NCBI GenBank assembly: GCA_011884725.1
Contig: GCA_011884725.1_3919.1
Source of the DNA: a phage
DNA length: 64,000 nt
Strand: one strand, 5' to 3'
The notes under the pieces are model-generated. The model was not told where the DNA came from. It was given only the letters and a program-made list of their open reading frames with translations, and did not search any database. Positions within the stretch are counted from its first letter, which is position 1, and every line of letters starts with the position of its first letter. Of this stretch, positions 50,619 to 59,265 are shown piece by piece. A program made the position numbers and the translations under genes.

Positions 50619-50899
50619 AATGACCTCAAAGTTATATTAAATTTTGTATTACATTGAGTATAAAAATAAGCTATAACACCTGACTTGTCAACAGATTTTA
50701 TAGCTTATTTAGCAGATTTTTTATAAGGCTACTGCCATCCTTCCATACCAGACTACACCATGCAAAACCAGACTTCACATCACCTTACCGTGCAATACAT
50801 TACTTAAAACCCTCTTAGAAGACTCTTAAGTGATGCTGGTGAGTACCCGTTGGTTTATGCTACTCAGTATACTCACCAAATTTTCTATGTCAACAACTT

Positions 50900-51046
50900 T
50901 TATATAAAAGTCCTGATAACTATATGTGTTACAAAACAGAAGATTGTGAACAAGACACCCATTGCAAAGGATGTGTTCAAAAGTTTACTTGTTATGTAAG
51001 ACAACACAAAGACAACTAATGCAAACAGAATGATTGTGCTTAACAT
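50900..51046 (-). CDS. candidate small hydrophobic protein (unlisted ORF)
   Basis: 49 aa (MLSTIILFALVVFVLSYITSKLLNTSFAMGVLFTIFCFVTHIVIRTFI), begins 4 nt after the ligase stop; weak RBS. Confidence 0.3.
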   Translation of the reverse strand: MLSTIILFALVVFVLSYITSKLLNTSFAMGVLFTIFCFVTHIVIRTFI

Positions 51047-51049
51047 AGT

Positions 51050-52153
51050 TTACTCATAATCCCTAATAACTAGCCCTACAGGAAACTGTAAAGAACCCTT
51101 ACGAGTCATCTTCTGGAACTGAACAGTTAAAGGTTTCCCGATAAACTCTTCAGGATGTTCAGCAAGATACTGTTTCTTCTCATGAGTAGTCTTCCATGAG
51201 ACATCTACAAAGACGTTAGGAAGAGTCTCTACAACGAACTTGCCATGACCACGTTTATCGGTCTTTACACCAGTCACTTTAAACTCTTCAGTGTGCATCT
51301 TCTTATGCTTAATCAAGAAGTATGAACGGTGACAACACTCATAGAAGGAGTCTTCAGAGATTGAACGGTACATTGCACCTTCAAACTTAGCTTCAACCCA
51401 CTTATCATGAGCTTCATCAAACTCTTCCCAAGAATTTACACGACGAGACTTAACAGGAACAACTTTACAGCCGTCTCTGAAGTCATTCAATGGTGAAGTC
51501 TCAATAATATCTCTACGCTCAGGCCACGTCTTAGTACTGTCACAGATATCATACCAGTAAAACTTGAGTAGATGTCGGTCAGGATTGTCTTCATTTTTAA
51601 TCATGGAGACAATATCTTCTAAGTCCAACCCATGAGCATAGATTTCACCATCAAATTCATCAACATCTTTATGGAGCCTCAACATTGCCATAATGTCAGG
51701 TATTAGCTCAGTAGGAATTTTATAAATAGTGTTCTCACGAGAATATGCTGTAAATACACTGCCAATACTTAAGTGTCTTGAAATTCTACAACGGACACCA
51801 TCAAGTTTTGGTTGAGCATCAGCAGGGAACTTCAGATACTTTGCATGGCTAACCTTTGCAGCATCATGAGCAAGCTGTACACCTACCTTCTCAGTATTCT
51901 GTGCAGACTCTTTTGTGTAAGCATACCCTTTACGGTCAACTTGCTTTTTATACTTAGCAGCAACTTCAAAGAGAGCTTGCTGTTCAGCATTACGCTCATT
52001 CTTTTTACCGATGTTTTTAGGTTCTGCTGTATACTCTTCAAACATCATCTTGCCATTTTCTTTACCATAGGTTGTGATAACTTTGTCACCTACAGCAACA
52101 CATGACCAGACGTTGAAGGAACCATCTTTATTTTGTTTGTACAGAATTGTCAT
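51050..52153 (-). CDS. ATP-dependent DNA ligase
   Basis: Adenylation motif I KLDGVR (AQPKLDGVRCRI); ATG at 52153 with RBS AGAGG preferred over 52189. Confidence 0.8.
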   Translation of the reverse strand: MTILYKQNKDGSFNVWSCVAVGDKVITTYGKENGKMMFEEYTAEPKNIGKKNERNAEQQALFEVAAKYKKQVDRKGYAYTKESAQNTEKVGVQLAHDAAKVSHAKYLKFPADAQPKLDGVRCRISRHLSIGSVFTAYSRENTIYKIPTELIPDIMAMLRLHKDVDEFDGEIYAHGLDLEDIVSMIKNEDNPDRHLLKFYWYDICDSTKTWPERRDIIETSPLNDFRDGCKVVPVKSRRVNSWEEFDEAHDKWVEAKFEGAMYRSISEDSFYECCHRSYFLIKHKKMHTEEFKVTGVKTDKRGHGKFVVETLPNVFVDVSWKTTHEKKQYLAEHPEEFIGKPLTVQFQKMTRKGSLQFPVGLVIRDYE

Positions 52154-52358
52154 TTTTAACCTCTGAGTGATACCAAGTGTTGCAAGCATTACATGCGTAA
52201 AGCTCTAAGTCGTTTTTATCTGGTTTATGGAAACAGTTTGACCCACAACGACACCGGAATAACTTACCATCAACACGAAGAATGAATGTTTCAAGCTCAC
52301 CCTCTTCTGTAAGGACGGCGTTATTATATTTGTTATCTTTATCCATTTGCACCCTCAC
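52128..52358 (-). CDS. zinc-ribbon protein
   Basis: 76 aa with CRCGSNC ... CNAC. Confidence 0.55.
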   Translation of the reverse strand: MRVQMDKDNKYNNAVLTEEGELETFILRVDGKLFRCRCGSNCFHKPDKNDLELYACNACNTWYHSEVKNDNSVQTK

Positions 52359-52506
52359 CTGTGTCAGATTTCATATAAGACCTGTCACTAAACCTTTTAA
52401 TGAAATGTACAACGCATTTCGGTGTATCTTTTGCATCTTTGATGTGCAACCTTTCGAAACTACGCACTGTGAAGGTTGCACCTGTCATTGTTTGTTTAGA
52501 TTTCAT
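52350..52506 (-). CDS. candidate small protein (unlisted ORF)
   Basis: 52 aa; its ATG overlaps the upstream TGA (ATGA junction). Confidence 0.35.
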
Positions 52507-52760
52507 TTTCTCTTACCACCAATTTCTACGTCAATAACTTGAACATCGCCAGCAACATCAAACTTATGAATGATGCTTTCCACAGTGTAAGTCCAACCCT
52601 CAATGCGAACCAACTCACCTTCTCGTGGGACGATTGGATTACGTTGAGCTACGGTTGTAGTGGAGTGAACAACATCATAACAATAGATGTAGTTTACTAA
52701 GACTTCCATCGAGAAAACCTCACTCAATAACCGTAGTGTGTGATTGTCCATTTTTGCCAT
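52503..52760 (-). CDS. hypothetical protein
   Basis: 85-aa ORF. Confidence 0.55.
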   Translation of the reverse strand: MAKMDNHTLRLLSEVFSMEVLVNYIYCYDVVHSTTTVAQRNPIVPREGELVRIEGWTYTVESIIHKFDVAGDVQVIDVEIGGKRK

Positions 52761-52977
52761 AGTTGTAAGATGTTGTTGTTTGAGAATTTGGACATCTTAC
52801 AACAACAATATCTCTGCTTATAGCATCACCATTGAGTTTGTAGATTTTGCAGTCTTGCATCTCTGGAGGGAGGCTGTAAGAAGCATCTTTGTTTTCATAA
52901 GATGGGTTGCAGCCAGCCAGAAAAATTACTCCAAGTGCAACCATTGCTTTCACACAACTCTTAACCTTATTGTTCAC
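52720..52977 (-). CDS. lipoprotein
   Basis: Signal peptide with lipobox (MNNKVKSCVKAMVALGVIFLAGC); small mature domain with two more Cys; GTG start. Confidence 0.6.
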   Translation of the reverse strand: MNNKVKSCVKAMVALGVIFLAGCNPSYENKDASYSLPPEMQDCKIYKLNGDAISRDIVVVRCPNSQTTTSYNYGKNGQSHTTVIE

Positions 52978-53113
52978 GATAGTCTACCTCTCTGTATGTT
53001 TTTAAATAGTGAGTGATGAGTTCTGGTAATTCACTACGTTTAACGTTTGAACGAAGAAGTGTCCAATCAAAACCTTTACCAACCCTTCCCCAGAGACTGT
53101 ACATTTTCTTCAT
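52967..53113 (-). CDS. candidate small protein (unlisted ORF)
   Basis: 48 aa (MKKMYSLWGRVGKGFDW..); RBS GGAG 5-8 nt upstream; ATGA overlap with stop of 53110-53343. Confidence 0.4.
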   Translation of the reverse strand: MKKMYSLWGRVGKGFDWTLLRSNVKRSELPELITHYLKTYREVDYREQ

Positions 53114-53343
53114 ATCAACTCCAGAATATCAATACGTTCACCCTTAAGAACACCTGTACGGTCTCTTGCAATCTTACCGTCAACGATAAGGATATGCGCG
53201 ACCTTTAAAGCCTCACGATTAAAACCTTTTACGAACTTGCTAGGCATGACTACAATGGACATCTCCTGAATTAACTCTGGAGTGTAGCAGTTATCATGAA
53301 GTTGCTGAATAACATCTGCAAGTGTCATTTTTGATGTCTCCAA
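53110..53343 (-). CDS. hypothetical protein
   Basis: 77-aa ORF. Confidence 0.55.
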   Translation of the reverse strand: METSKMTLADVIQQLHDNCYTPELIQEMSIVVMPSKFVKGFNREALKVAHILIVDGKIARDRTGVLKGERIDILELI

Positions 53344-53534
53344 TACTCAATGTCAATAAGTTCTTGTGCAATGCTTTTCAGATTACTTTTAAGGAAAACT
53401 TTCTCACCACCAGACAGGGAAGTGTTATCAATGAGTCTATTCATTTTCTCAAACAACTTCTGCTTACGGTTCTTGATAGTTTCCTTTGAAGCACCTTTCA
53501 TCATTGCTGCATGGGTTCTTCCACGGTGACTCAT
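53325..53534 (-). CDS. hypothetical basic protein
   Basis: 69-aa ORF. Confidence 0.55.
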   Translation of the reverse strand: MSHRGRTHAAMMKGASKETIKNRKQKLFEKMNRLIDNTSLSGGEKVFLKSNLKSIAQELIDIEYWRHQK

Positions 53535-53585
53535 AAACCCTCCTATACAAGATACAGTATAAGGTACTCTTCCCTGAGCACCTTG

Positions 53586-54089
53586 TCAACTTAGTTTTGC
53601 AAACTCTCCGTGGAGTTTTACAGCAGCTTCACAGTATGCTTTATGGGCTTCTTCAGGGGTGTCAAATAAACCAAGTGATGTCCTTTTACCTCTGCATGTT
53701 ATAGCTGCCCTCCACTTATTACAGTCTTTAAAGTAATGTACACCCTTGTAACCTGATTTATTAGTCGTCTGCTTTATTCTATTTTGTGCATTTCCGTATT
53801 TATCAGTCTCCCTAAGATTAGAAATGTGATTATTACTTCTGTTACCATCAATGTGGTCTATCATCTTAGTAGGTTTGTAACCATGTTCGAACCACCAAAC
53901 GAGGTGATGAATTTTTATTACGACATCTTTGAATTTAAGTACTTTGTAACCGTAAGCATCAGCACCTCCTGCAATCTGCCCAGCTTTAGCTTGTCTATTC
54001 CTGTCATACTTGTTGTAGAAGACCCCTTTGTCGGGGTCGTAAATAAAATTATCCTTGTAATCTTGAAGTGTTAGTGTACGGCGTACCAT
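53586..54089 (-). CDS. HNH homing endonuclease with AP2 DNA-binding domain
   Basis: HNH core HHLVWWFEHGYKPTKMIDHIDGNRSNNHISNLR; AP2-like SGYKGVHYFKDCNKWRAAI..LGLFDTPEEAHKAY; start overlaps the DNA polymerase 3' end. Confidence 0.8.
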   Translation of the reverse strand: MVRRTLTLQDYKDNFIYDPDKGVFYNKYDRNRQAKAGQIAGGADAYGYKVLKFKDVVIKIHHLVWWFEHGYKPTKMIDHIDGNRSNNHISNLRETDKYGNAQNRIKQTTNKSGYKGVHYFKDCNKWRAAITCRGKRTSLGLFDTPEEAHKAYCEAAVKLHGEFAKLS

Positions 54090-56770
54090 GTCTTACCTAC
54101 CTTACCAGTGCCTGTAACAAGCGTCTTACTCTTTAATCCAAGATTTTTTGATGCTTGACCATACATTCTATCAATAATTTCCTTAACATCAGGTACATCT
54201 TTGGTTGGAACCTCTAAAGAGACCTCATCGTGGTAACTACAGACCCACCTAGCACCAATAGCGGGCTTCCTACCATTTAGAACTGTAAGCTTGCGCTCTG
54301 TTAACTCTCTGTTAGCCAAGTTAATACCCTCATTCTGCACCTGCGCCTCACTGCCCATAAGTGTGTAATTCAATAACTTATGTGGAGATTTACACCATAA
54401 CCACGCTCCAGCAACTTTGATATAACCACCTTTGGCAATTGCAGAAGTTTTTCCGAAAACCTCTTCAAGTGCTTTCTTAGTTGCTTTGAAGTCTTCCTCT
54501 AACCTGTCCAGAAGCTTTTTAATCTTAGGCAGACGCACAAAGTAAGTTTGTTTAGTCAATGCACCTTCTTCCGTAGATGATGCCTTGATAGTTTTTGCAA
54601 ACTTCTCGTCTCCGGCTCCAAATAACAGGGCGTAGATACCATTCTTAGCCTTCTTACGGCCTTTTGTAATCTCGTGAAGAAGTTCCTCATCCTGTGTCTC
54701 CCTACAACGAACAATATCTTCTTCCTTGTTCAAACCAAAGTAAATACTGTTCAGTGTATGTGCATCAGTACCTGTGTAGACTTCATAGAGGTCATTCTCA
54801 GCATCATAACGCAGATACTTGTCAGTTTCTGGGTTAAGATACTTGTCAAGATGCTTGCAGTAGTATCTACCATCATCTTGCTTAGTGAACTCAACTGACT
54901 CTTTACCCTCAGTTACCGCTTTAGTGAAGTCTTCATCACCCATAAAGTTACAAAGAAGAACTAGCTGGGCTGAGTTTTGGTCTACGGAGATGATATCTGT
55001 ACCATCTTCACAAGTCCACACCTCCCTCATAGGTGCTCCATAGACAGCAGCACCAGACGGCACGTTTACAATACCATATTGTGTCATACGTCCAGTTGAA
55101 GTACCAAACACCATTGCACCAGCACTAAGGCGACCATCAGGACGAATCTGGTTCAACCAACCTTTTTCATCATCCTTTGAGTTCTCAATGGTTCTGCGTC
55201 GGTGCATCAAAGTATAGTATTTAGCAATCTTCTGTCCAAGCTCACCTTCAATCGTATCATAAGAAGATTCAGTAAGTTTTGGTGAAGTACGGATTAAGCA
55301 AGGTTCAAGCAAATCCGTGTACTTCTTCACAGACCAGTTATGTTCGATGTACTGGACACCTTCGTGTTCAACATAACTCAACCCACACCGTTCAACCATC
55401 TCCTGCCACTTAGGATGCTTTGTAATCATCTTTTTGTTGTCTTTGAAACGACAAACTTTGACAGGGCGACCGTCTGAATCTTTCTTGTAGTTCCAGTCAT
55501 CTGGAATCCAACCAACTGATTTCAAGTAGTCTTTAACAACTGCTACCTGAGTCATACGAGAAACTTCAAACTCAATTGGTGTATATGGTGCATCAATCAA
55601 TCCTGTGTAGCGACTTGACTCAAGCTCAAAGTGGTTAACAACATGACTGTTATAGTACTTCACAGTTTTGACTGTTTTTACTGGCTTCCAGTCTTTGCAT
55701 TTCTTACCAATCTTTGCATTCAACTCATTGCAAATTGCACGAGCATCCTTCATTGCTACAAAGCCTTCCTTGTACTCTTCACCAGTTACAGAGTTGGTTG
55801 GTGTATAGCAATTTCTCTTTTCAATGTTAAAAATCTTTGTAGTTGGCTTACCAAATGGCTTGATTTCATAAGTCTGCATCTCACCATTACGCACCTGCTG
55901 ACGATACTTCGTCTTAGGGTACTTGGTAATTCTTTTCAGTCCATCTGCATGACCAAATGCTTCAACATACTCATTCCAAGCTTTTGCAAACTCTTCTCCA
56001 GTGACTTTACCTTTGGTCTTAATAGTTGGAGGAAGATGTGGTTCAACTTCTGAAGCAAGCTCATTAGTCAACTTGTCAAGTTCCTTTACATGGAACTCCA
56101 TAAGCTCTTTATCAGCTTTCCAACCATTGATAGCTTGTTGACTCATCCAGAAAGATGTTTCTTTAGCTCGCATATAGGTTTCATAAGTGTCTATGCCACA
56201 CTTCTTTAGCTTGAGATACTCATTATCCAGTGCGCGTTTAGTTTTGGCGTTAATACGGATATCTTCCACAACACGAGTGAAGATTTCTGCATTCCACACA
56301 CCCCAATGTTCAATCTCTGGTTTACGGACACCAACACGAGCACCCCATGCAGCCAAGCCATGAGCACCTTTATAGCCTTTTGGAGTTGGTCTATCCATCC
56401 ACTGAACACGAGACTGGATAAGAGAATCCTGAAAGAAATTACTCCACGGCTTACACTTTGGATTATCAAAGTTCCATAAATCAGGTGCAATGTGATTGAA
56501 AACCCACCAGTCATAACCCAGACCATTATGGATGCAAAGTCGTTTTGCCTTTAACGCAAACTCAACACCTTCACGTAAACCACCCTTAATGTACTTAGTG
56601 TACTTGTGACCGAGGATAGGCTCATCTGTAAAGACCCATACAGGTGGCTCTTCATCGTCAGATTTATAATCTGCGAAAGCCATTACGTGAACTTTAGTGA
56701 ACTCAAGGAGTAAACCATCAGTTTCTGTATCACCAACTAAATGTAAGTTTTTAAAATCTACGTTTTCCAT
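54071..56770 (-). CDS. DNA polymerase, family A, with 3'-5' exonuclease domain
   Basis: Exo I DTETDGL; Pol motifs D..SAQLVLL, RKKAKNGIYALLFG, YHDE; ATG at 56770 with RBS GAGGGAG preferred over 56800. Confidence 0.92.
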   Translation of the reverse strand: MENVDFKNLHLVGDTETDGLLLEFTKVHVMAFADYKSDDEEPPVWVFTDEPILGHKYTKYIKGGLREGVEFALKAKRLCIHNGLGYDWWVFNHIAPDLWNFDNPKCKPWSNFFQDSLIQSRVQWMDRPTPKGYKGAHGLAAWGARVGVRKPEIEHWGVWNAEIFTRVVEDIRINAKTKRALDNEYLKLKKCGIDTYETYMRAKETSFWMSQQAINGWKADKELMEFHVKELDKLTNELASEVEPHLPPTIKTKGKVTGEEFAKAWNEYVEAFGHADGLKRITKYPKTKYRQQVRNGEMQTYEIKPFGKPTTKIFNIEKRNCYTPTNSVTGEEYKEGFVAMKDARAICNELNAKIGKKCKDWKPVKTVKTVKYYNSHVVNHFELESSRYTGLIDAPYTPIEFEVSRMTQVAVVKDYLKSVGWIPDDWNYKKDSDGRPVKVCRFKDNKKMITKHPKWQEMVERCGLSYVEHEGVQYIEHNWSVKKYTDLLEPCLIRTSPKLTESSYDTIEGELGQKIAKYYTLMHRRRTIENSKDDEKGWLNQIRPDGRLSAGAMVFGTSTGRMTQYGIVNVPSGAAVYGAPMREVWTCEDGTDIISVDQNSAQLVLLCNFMGDEDFTKAVTEGKESVEFTKQDDGRYYCKHLDKYLNPETDKYLRYDAENDLYEVYTGTDAHTLNSIYFGLNKEEDIVRCRETQDEELLHEITKGRKKAKNGIYALLFGAGDEKFAKTIKASSTEEGALTKQTYFVRLPKIKKLLDRLEEDFKATKKALEEVFGKTSAIAKGGYIKVAGAWLWCKSPHKLLNYTLMGSEAQVQNEGINLANRELTERKLTVLNGRKPAIGARWVCSYHDEVSLEVPTKDVPDVKEIIDRMYGQASKNLGLKSKTLVTGTGKVGKTWYAVH

Positions 56771-56831
56771 TTTTACTCCCTCTAAAATCATTAACCTCAT
56801 ACATTACTGCAAAAAATTATAAAAAGCAAGT

Positions 56832-56856
56832 TGACAATGTACTTGACAAGGTGTTA
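56832..56856. promoter_or_regulatory. conserved dual-TTGACA motif, second copy
   Basis: GTTGACAATGTACTTGACAAGGTG between the polymerase operon and the plus-strand replication genes. Confidence 0.55.
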
Positions 56857-57026
56857 ATCTTTGCGAAGTGGGTTTTACTTAAAAGGTTACTTAACAGTTT
56901 AACTATACAGATACTTTAAAACTCTTAAAAGATTATTTAATAGCTTTTAAAAAGCTTTAAAGTATAACGTATAGAATACGTTAAGATAAAAGATTAAAAC
57001 TTAATAGTTACTTAAAAGAGGCTTAC

Positions 57027-57449
57027 ATGCAGAAAATGTTTGTTCACCCAGACATAGCTGACTTTGTTAGAGCTTTGCAGAAGTTGGAAGAACTTGACAT
57101 TGCTGCTCAACGGGAATATGCTCACCATCACAGGAGAATGGTTGATATACAACATGAAATAGAGTTATCAGAAGACTATGAAGATGACTTAAAATGCTCT
57201 GTGTTCGAGCATATGAAAGACGTTGCTATAGCTAGACGTAAAGCTAAAGACACAGTTGCTTTACTAGATTCTCTTAAAAAGAGGTTGCAAAGTGGTACAG
57301 ACCTGTGTAATCTAGCGTCACTGATTAACGATGTTGAAACTTCTTGGGATAGGCACTATTATCCACGTTCTGAAAAGACACTTGACTTTTCTTCATCCGA
57401 AAACTTAAAATGTTCTAGAAAGAAACTTAACCAACTGAGAGAGAAATAA
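57027..57449 (+). CDS. hypothetical protein
   Basis: 140-aa ORF. Confidence 0.6.
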   Translation: MQKMFVHPDIADFVRALQKLEELDIAAQREYAHHHRRMVDIQHEIELSEDYEDDLKCSVFEHMKDVAIARRKAKDTVALLDSLKKRLQSGTDLCNLASLINDVETSWDRHYYPRSEKTLDFSSSENLKCSRKKLNQLREK

Positions 57450-57450
57450 T

Positions 57451-58251
57451 ATGAATATCGATGTAGAAAAGATGCTTGAAGAAAAAGGTATTGACGAAGC
57501 ATTTTTAATCAATGCCGTAGAAAGCATGGCTATGATTCTTCGTGGTAATAACTACACAGAACAGTTTATGCCTGCAAGCTATAACCTACCTAAAGACAAG
57601 TCTGATAACGGTGCTTTTGCAGAACAGGTTAATATGATGTTGACAGACACTACACTTGCTCTGGCATCTATTGCAGTTGGTGTTGATGCACTTGCTGAGT
57701 TCATTTTTTATGAAATGCAAAAGAATGACTATATCAGAATGTCAGATGAAGATAAGGAACTGTTGCTGACTAAGGACACTGATTTCATTATTGATACGCT
57801 TATCTCATCAACGAGTGCTGTTATGGCTGTTCTTGAGAAGCGCATGGAAGAGAAACTTTCACGATATGAAAAACTTGATTGGGGCGTCGAAGAATTAAAC
57901 CCACGAATCAAAGAAATTATCCAGCAAACTAAAGAGTCTTTGGAAGAAGCTGTTGAAAATGACTCTGTAGCTGATATAGAACCTCTTCAGGTGAAAGTTG
58001 CACTGATGATTCCAGCTATCTCTACGATGATGAATATCGTTGCACTAATCCAACTTTCACAGATGATGGGTGTAAGTATTGAGTTCATTGAAGAGATGAC
58101 TGGTGGCGTTAGTATGCAAGCAATCAATGATGTTTTGGTGAACATCGGTGCTTCAATCATTGAAGAGAAACTACGCATTAACTTCGGTGATGATTTTGTG
58201 AAGCAAATCTCAGCTATGGCTGAAAAAGAGTCTGCTGAGCAACTGCACTAA
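57451..58251 (+). CDS. hypothetical protein
   Basis: 266-aa ORF, coupled. Confidence 0.6.
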   Translation: MNIDVEKMLEEKGIDEAFLINAVESMAMILRGNNYTEQFMPASYNLPKDKSDNGAFAEQVNMMLTDTTLALASIAVGVDALAEFIFYEMQKNDYIRMSDEDKELLLTKDTDFIIDTLISSTSAVMAVLEKRMEEKLSRYEKLDWGVEELNPRIKEIIQQTKESLEEAVENDSVADIEPLQVKVALMIPAISTMMNIVALIQLSQMMGVSIEFIEEMTGGVSMQAINDVLVNIGASIIEEKLRINFGDDFVKQISAMAEKESAEQLH

Positions 58252-58312
58252 GTCTTTATAAATCTTACAAGCCTCCTTAGTTGGGGGCTTTTTAGTAATT
58301 AATGGAGATAAA

Positions 58313-59056
58313 ATGAGTAATATTATCGCCTTTACTGGAAAGGCACGTTCTGGAAAAGACACCTCATGTTCTATTGTGAAGAACATTTTAGAGGATGAGT
58401 ATGGCTACAATGTTGAAGTAATGGCCTTTGCAGACAACCTTAAACTATCTGCATCAAAGATATTTGACTTGACTTGGAATGACCTGTACGGTGAAACTAA
58501 AGAGACTCCACAGGTTTTTGACTTATCATATCCTGAACTGATGTTTAAAGTTACGGAAGCTATGGAGTTCACCTTCAGAGATGAACGTTACCATATGGAC
58601 TTCAAGCTTATGTCAGAGTTAACCGGACGATTAATCATGGAGCTTAAGAAGGTTGCTAAACCTACCCTATTAACACGTCTGGGATTTAGTAAAAAGTATA
58701 AATTCTCATCAAGACAAATTCAACAGATTTGGGGTACTGAAGTTGTCCGTAAAGTAATGGGCGACAAGTTCTGGTCTAAAGACCTTGAAAAAAGAATGGT
58801 TAGATTCCATGAAATGTGCTCACTTAGAAACCAATATGGTTTTGTCTTAATCAGTGATTTAAGATTTGACTCTGAAGCTGAATGGCTGAGTAGATTTGCA
58901 CACCAAACTATTGAAGTAAAAAGAGACAATGTGGACAAAGTTTCATCACATGTTTCAGAAAATGGGATTTCTACAAAATATGAGCGTGACATTATTCATA
59001 ATAATGGTACTCTTGCAGACCTTGAGAACAAGCTAAGAGCCATCATTAAAGTTTAA
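58313..59056 (+). CDS. deoxynucleoside monophosphate kinase
   Basis: P-loop IIAFTGKARSGKDT resembles T4 gp1 dNMP kinase (GxxRSGKDT). Confidence 0.65.
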   Translation: MSNIIAFTGKARSGKDTSCSIVKNILEDEYGYNVEVMAFADNLKLSASKIFDLTWNDLYGETKETPQVFDLSYPELMFKVTEAMEFTFRDERYHMDFKLMSELTGRLIMELKKVAKPTLLTRLGFSKKYKFSSRQIQQIWGTEVVRKVMGDKFWSKDLEKRMVRFHEMCSLRNQYGFVLISDLRFDSEAEWLSRFAHQTIEVKRDNVDKVSSHVSENGISTKYERDIIHNNGTLADLENKLRAIIKV

Positions 59057-59064
59057 AAGAGAGA

Positions 59065-59265
59065 ATGAAGATGAGAGTAAAAGACAATTTTAAAGTTATT
59101 GACCACCGTTTAGTGGAACTCTCATCTCTTTCCAATGAGGTAATGATTGAACGTCTTAAGAGAGTTGAATCACGAAGGAAAGAGATTGCAGATGAAATTC
59201 ATGAACTGGACAAGATTGAAAATGGATTGAAGGAAGAACTACAACGAAGAGGTGCTAATGTCTAA
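59065..59265 (+). CDS. hypothetical coiled-coil protein
   Basis: 66-aa ORF. Confidence 0.5.
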   Translation: MKMRVKDNFKVIDHRLVELSSLSNEVMIERLKRVESRRKEIADEIHELDKIENGLKEELQRRGANV

